A stretch of DNA of 58,138 nucleotides, taken from positions 1 to 58,138 of the forward strand of contig JBFGJG010000029.1 in the NCBI GenBank assembly GCA_041577295.1, read 5' to 3'. The translations under genes and the position numbers were made by a program. Source of the DNA: Gemmatimonadales bacterium (GTDB lineage: Bacteria; Gemmatimonadota; Gemmatimonadetes; Gemmatimonadales; GWC2-71-9). The notes beneath the pieces were generated by a model. It made no database searches. It saw nothing but the letters and a program-made list of their open reading frames with translations, and was not told the DNA's origin. This document shows, in pieces, positions 56,197 to 58,138 of this stretch. The stretch's first letter is position 1; every line of letters starts with the position of its first letter.

Positions 56197-57747
56197 TCAC
56201 GGGACGACTCGCAAGGGGGCGCTGGCGACGGCTGCGAGGATCCGCATGCCACGAAACAGGTTCGCCAGACGGAGATTCTCGTTCGCGGCATGTTGGTTGT
56301 TGTCATGGTTAACGGTCGGCACTACCACGAACGGCGCTTGCAGGATGTCCGTGTAGACCCATGCGGGACCGGAGCCACCCATGGTGGGACTAACCACCGG
56401 AGACCCCAGACCTGCGGTGTGCAACGCCGTGATCACTGCCTGTGCCGCAGGATGTCCGAGCGCGGTCCGCCCAGCGGGGTATCCGCGCCCGGTATTGACC
56501 TTCACGAGGCGAGGTGTATTCACCCGCGTCGTTGAGTCCGGATCCTCTCGCACGACGGTGTACCCATGGAGCTCGACGTGACGCACGAGCTTTTCGACCT
56601 GTCGCTGCGGGTCATTGCCGGCCACGAGTCGTAGATCCAGCTCGGCGATAGCCACGTCTGGGATGATTGTCCGTGCTTGATCGCCCACGAACATGCTCTG
56701 GAGGCCACGCACGTTCAGCGACGGCCGCGCAATGAGCTCCTGCCGAGTCGCCCCACTTCCGTCGAGCGATCCGAGCTGCAGTTGATGCCGGCGCGTGCGG
56801 TCGTCGTGCGGATACGCGGCCCACGCCGCCCGCTCTTCGTCACCGAGCGGCAACATGTCGTCTTCCCAGTCAGCGACCAGCACCTGCCCATCGGGAGCCT
56901 TCATGGTCGAGAGCAGCTGCGCGAGACGCATCGCCGGGTTTGGCGCCCAGTTGCCGTAGTGACCCGAGTGGAGTGGTGTCACTGGCCCATACATCGTGAG
57001 CGTTACGGCCGCCATCCCCCGCAGTCCAAAATCGGCCGTAGGCCGACCCGACGGGTGGATAGGACCGTCAGCCATGACCACCAGATCGGCCGCGAAGAGC
57101 TCCCGGTTATCACGCATCACGGCTGGCAGGAACTGCGAGCCCGCCTCCTCATCACCCTCGAATAAAAACTTGAGCCGGTTTCTGAAGGGAACACCCGCGG
57201 CGCGCCACGCATCGAGCATGCGCATCAACGCAATGATGGGGGCTTTATCATCGCTTGCCGACCGTGCGTACACTCGCCACTCGGGGTTGACCGAGTCTCC
57301 CGCCGTGGGCCACTCGATGATTTCTCCATTGGCCTCGAGAGACGCCGACCGGAGCACCGGCGTCCACGGAGCCTCCTGCGCCCAGTTCGCCGCGTTCGCG
57401 GGCTGCCCATCGTAGTGACAGTAGAAGAGGATGGTGGGAAGATCCGGATCCCCGATCTCACCGTAGACGATCGGCGCACCACCCGTCTCCATGATGCGCG
57501 TGGTGATCCCGCGCGCTTCCATCATGGCGACGAGCACCTCAGCGTTGCGTCGAATGTTGGGGAGATCCGATGCCACGTTGGGGATCGCAAGGAGATCGCG
57601 GAGTTCCTGCACGATTTCTACGCGGTGCGCATCCGCGTACCGCTGGACTGCTTCAATCGGCTGTTGGCCCACACCGGCCCCCGGCATCCAGGCTAGACAC
57701 AGCGACCCGAGGAACAAAACGAGAGCTAGGCGCGAGGGGGATCTCAT
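56197..57747 (-). CDS. Exported M20/M25/M40-family metallopeptidase
   Basis: GGAG RBS and signal peptide from ATG 57747; YCHYDGQP, SASDDK, GDEEAGS, HSGHYGN and NNQHAANEN. Confidence 0.9.
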   Translation of the reverse strand: MRSPSRLALVLFLGSLCLAWMPGAGVGQQPIEAVQRYADAHRVEIVQELRDLLAIPNVASDLPNIRRNAEVLVAMMEARGITTRIMETGGAPIVYGEIGDPDLPTILFYCHYDGQPANAANWAQEAPWTPVLRSASLEANGEIIEWPTAGDSVNPEWRVYARSASDDKAPIIALMRMLDAWRAAGVPFRNRLKFLFEGDEEAGSQFLPAVMRDNRELFAADLVVMADGPIHPSGRPTADFGLRGMAAVTLTMYGPVTPLHSGHYGNWAPNPAMRLAQLLSTMKAPDGQVLVADWEDDMLPLGDEERAAWAAYPHDDRTRRHQLQLGSLDGSGATRQELIARPSLNVRGLQSMFVGDQARTIIPDVAIAELDLRLVAGNDPQRQVEKLVRHVELHGYTVVREDPDSTTRVNTPRLVKVNTGRGYPAGRTALGHPAAQAVITALHTAGLGSPVVSPTMGGSGPAWVYTDILQAPFVVVPTVNHDNNQHAANENLRLANLFRGMRILAAVASAPLRVVP

Positions 57748-58031
57748 GCGTACCACTCCGGCGTTGAGCGCTAACGTGCAGCGGCGATGGCGCTGTGGTT
57801 GGCAGCTCGGCTGAGGCGGCCAGGATAGCCGCGGAGGAGGCGGGTGAGAGCGGGCGGAGCTGGAACCCGATACATCGTTTGGGTGCGATGCCTGCCAAAC
57901 CACTCGCCATCCCCGTCCCGGGTCAGGGCAAGGCGTCGGTTACGGCGATCGCAATCGCGATCCTTCACTGCTGGTCCAGTTCTCCCCCGCCCACACCGCT
58001 GCTACACAACGTACGACCTGAGTTGGAATGG

Positions 58032-58138
58032 TCAAGCAGGAGGGGCAGGCGAGGTGGCCGCGGCGGCCTCGGCCGGATTGGCCGCATCGGCCGGATGCGA
58101 AGTGGAAGCAGGATGAGCAGTGGAAACATCCCGCCCCC
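58032..58138 (-). CDS. Possible 3' end of a gene entering from the right edge (Ala/Pro-rich tail)
   Basis: Open frame RDVSTAHPASTSHPADAANPAEAAAATSPAPPA* ending at TGA 58034-58032. Confidence 0.3.
   Translation of the reverse strand, partial: GRDVSTAHPASTSHPADAANPAEAAAATSPAPPA

Noticed and set aside
57771..57968. 65-aa minus-strand ORF upstream of the M20 peptidase
   Set aside because: Arg-rich with no recognisable features. It cannot be supported as a gene.

Overview
A GC-rich, densely coding bacterial chromosomal window. Gene content suggests Gemmatimonadota, but that is an inference. I saw no rRNA, tRNA, CRISPR array, transposase or prophage. In order, it holds: a LytS/LytR-type two-component pair cut by the left edge; a six-gene histidine operon (hisG, hisC fused to a degenerate HAD domain, hisB, hisH-hisF fusion, hisA-hisI-hisE fusion, hisD) preceded by an unannotated His-rich leader peptide with a full attenuator; a CarH/LitR-type B12 photoreceptor divergon with 11-bp-spaced TnnACA repeats over both -35 boxes but no crt genes; an S8 protease with an IPTL-CTERM-like tail coupled to its own exosortase; an RND efflux operon; fadE; a TetR-controlled YbhGFSR-like ABC exporter with an 18-bp-arm palindrome; otsB plus an AidB-like dehydrogenase; an ECF sigma/anti-sigma/Spy-like module with twin divergent promoters; panE; a 5'-3' exonuclease; an Hsp20 pseudogene; an aromatic amino acid decarboxylase; an SQR-TusE-DsrE-rhodanese sulfur cluster; a plug-only TonB-receptor-like protein; an orphan ParB-like protein; a purine deaminase; a NUDIX hydrolase; a histidine-kinase remnant; and several exported hydrolases. 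All family calls come from motif recognition by eye; no database search was run.
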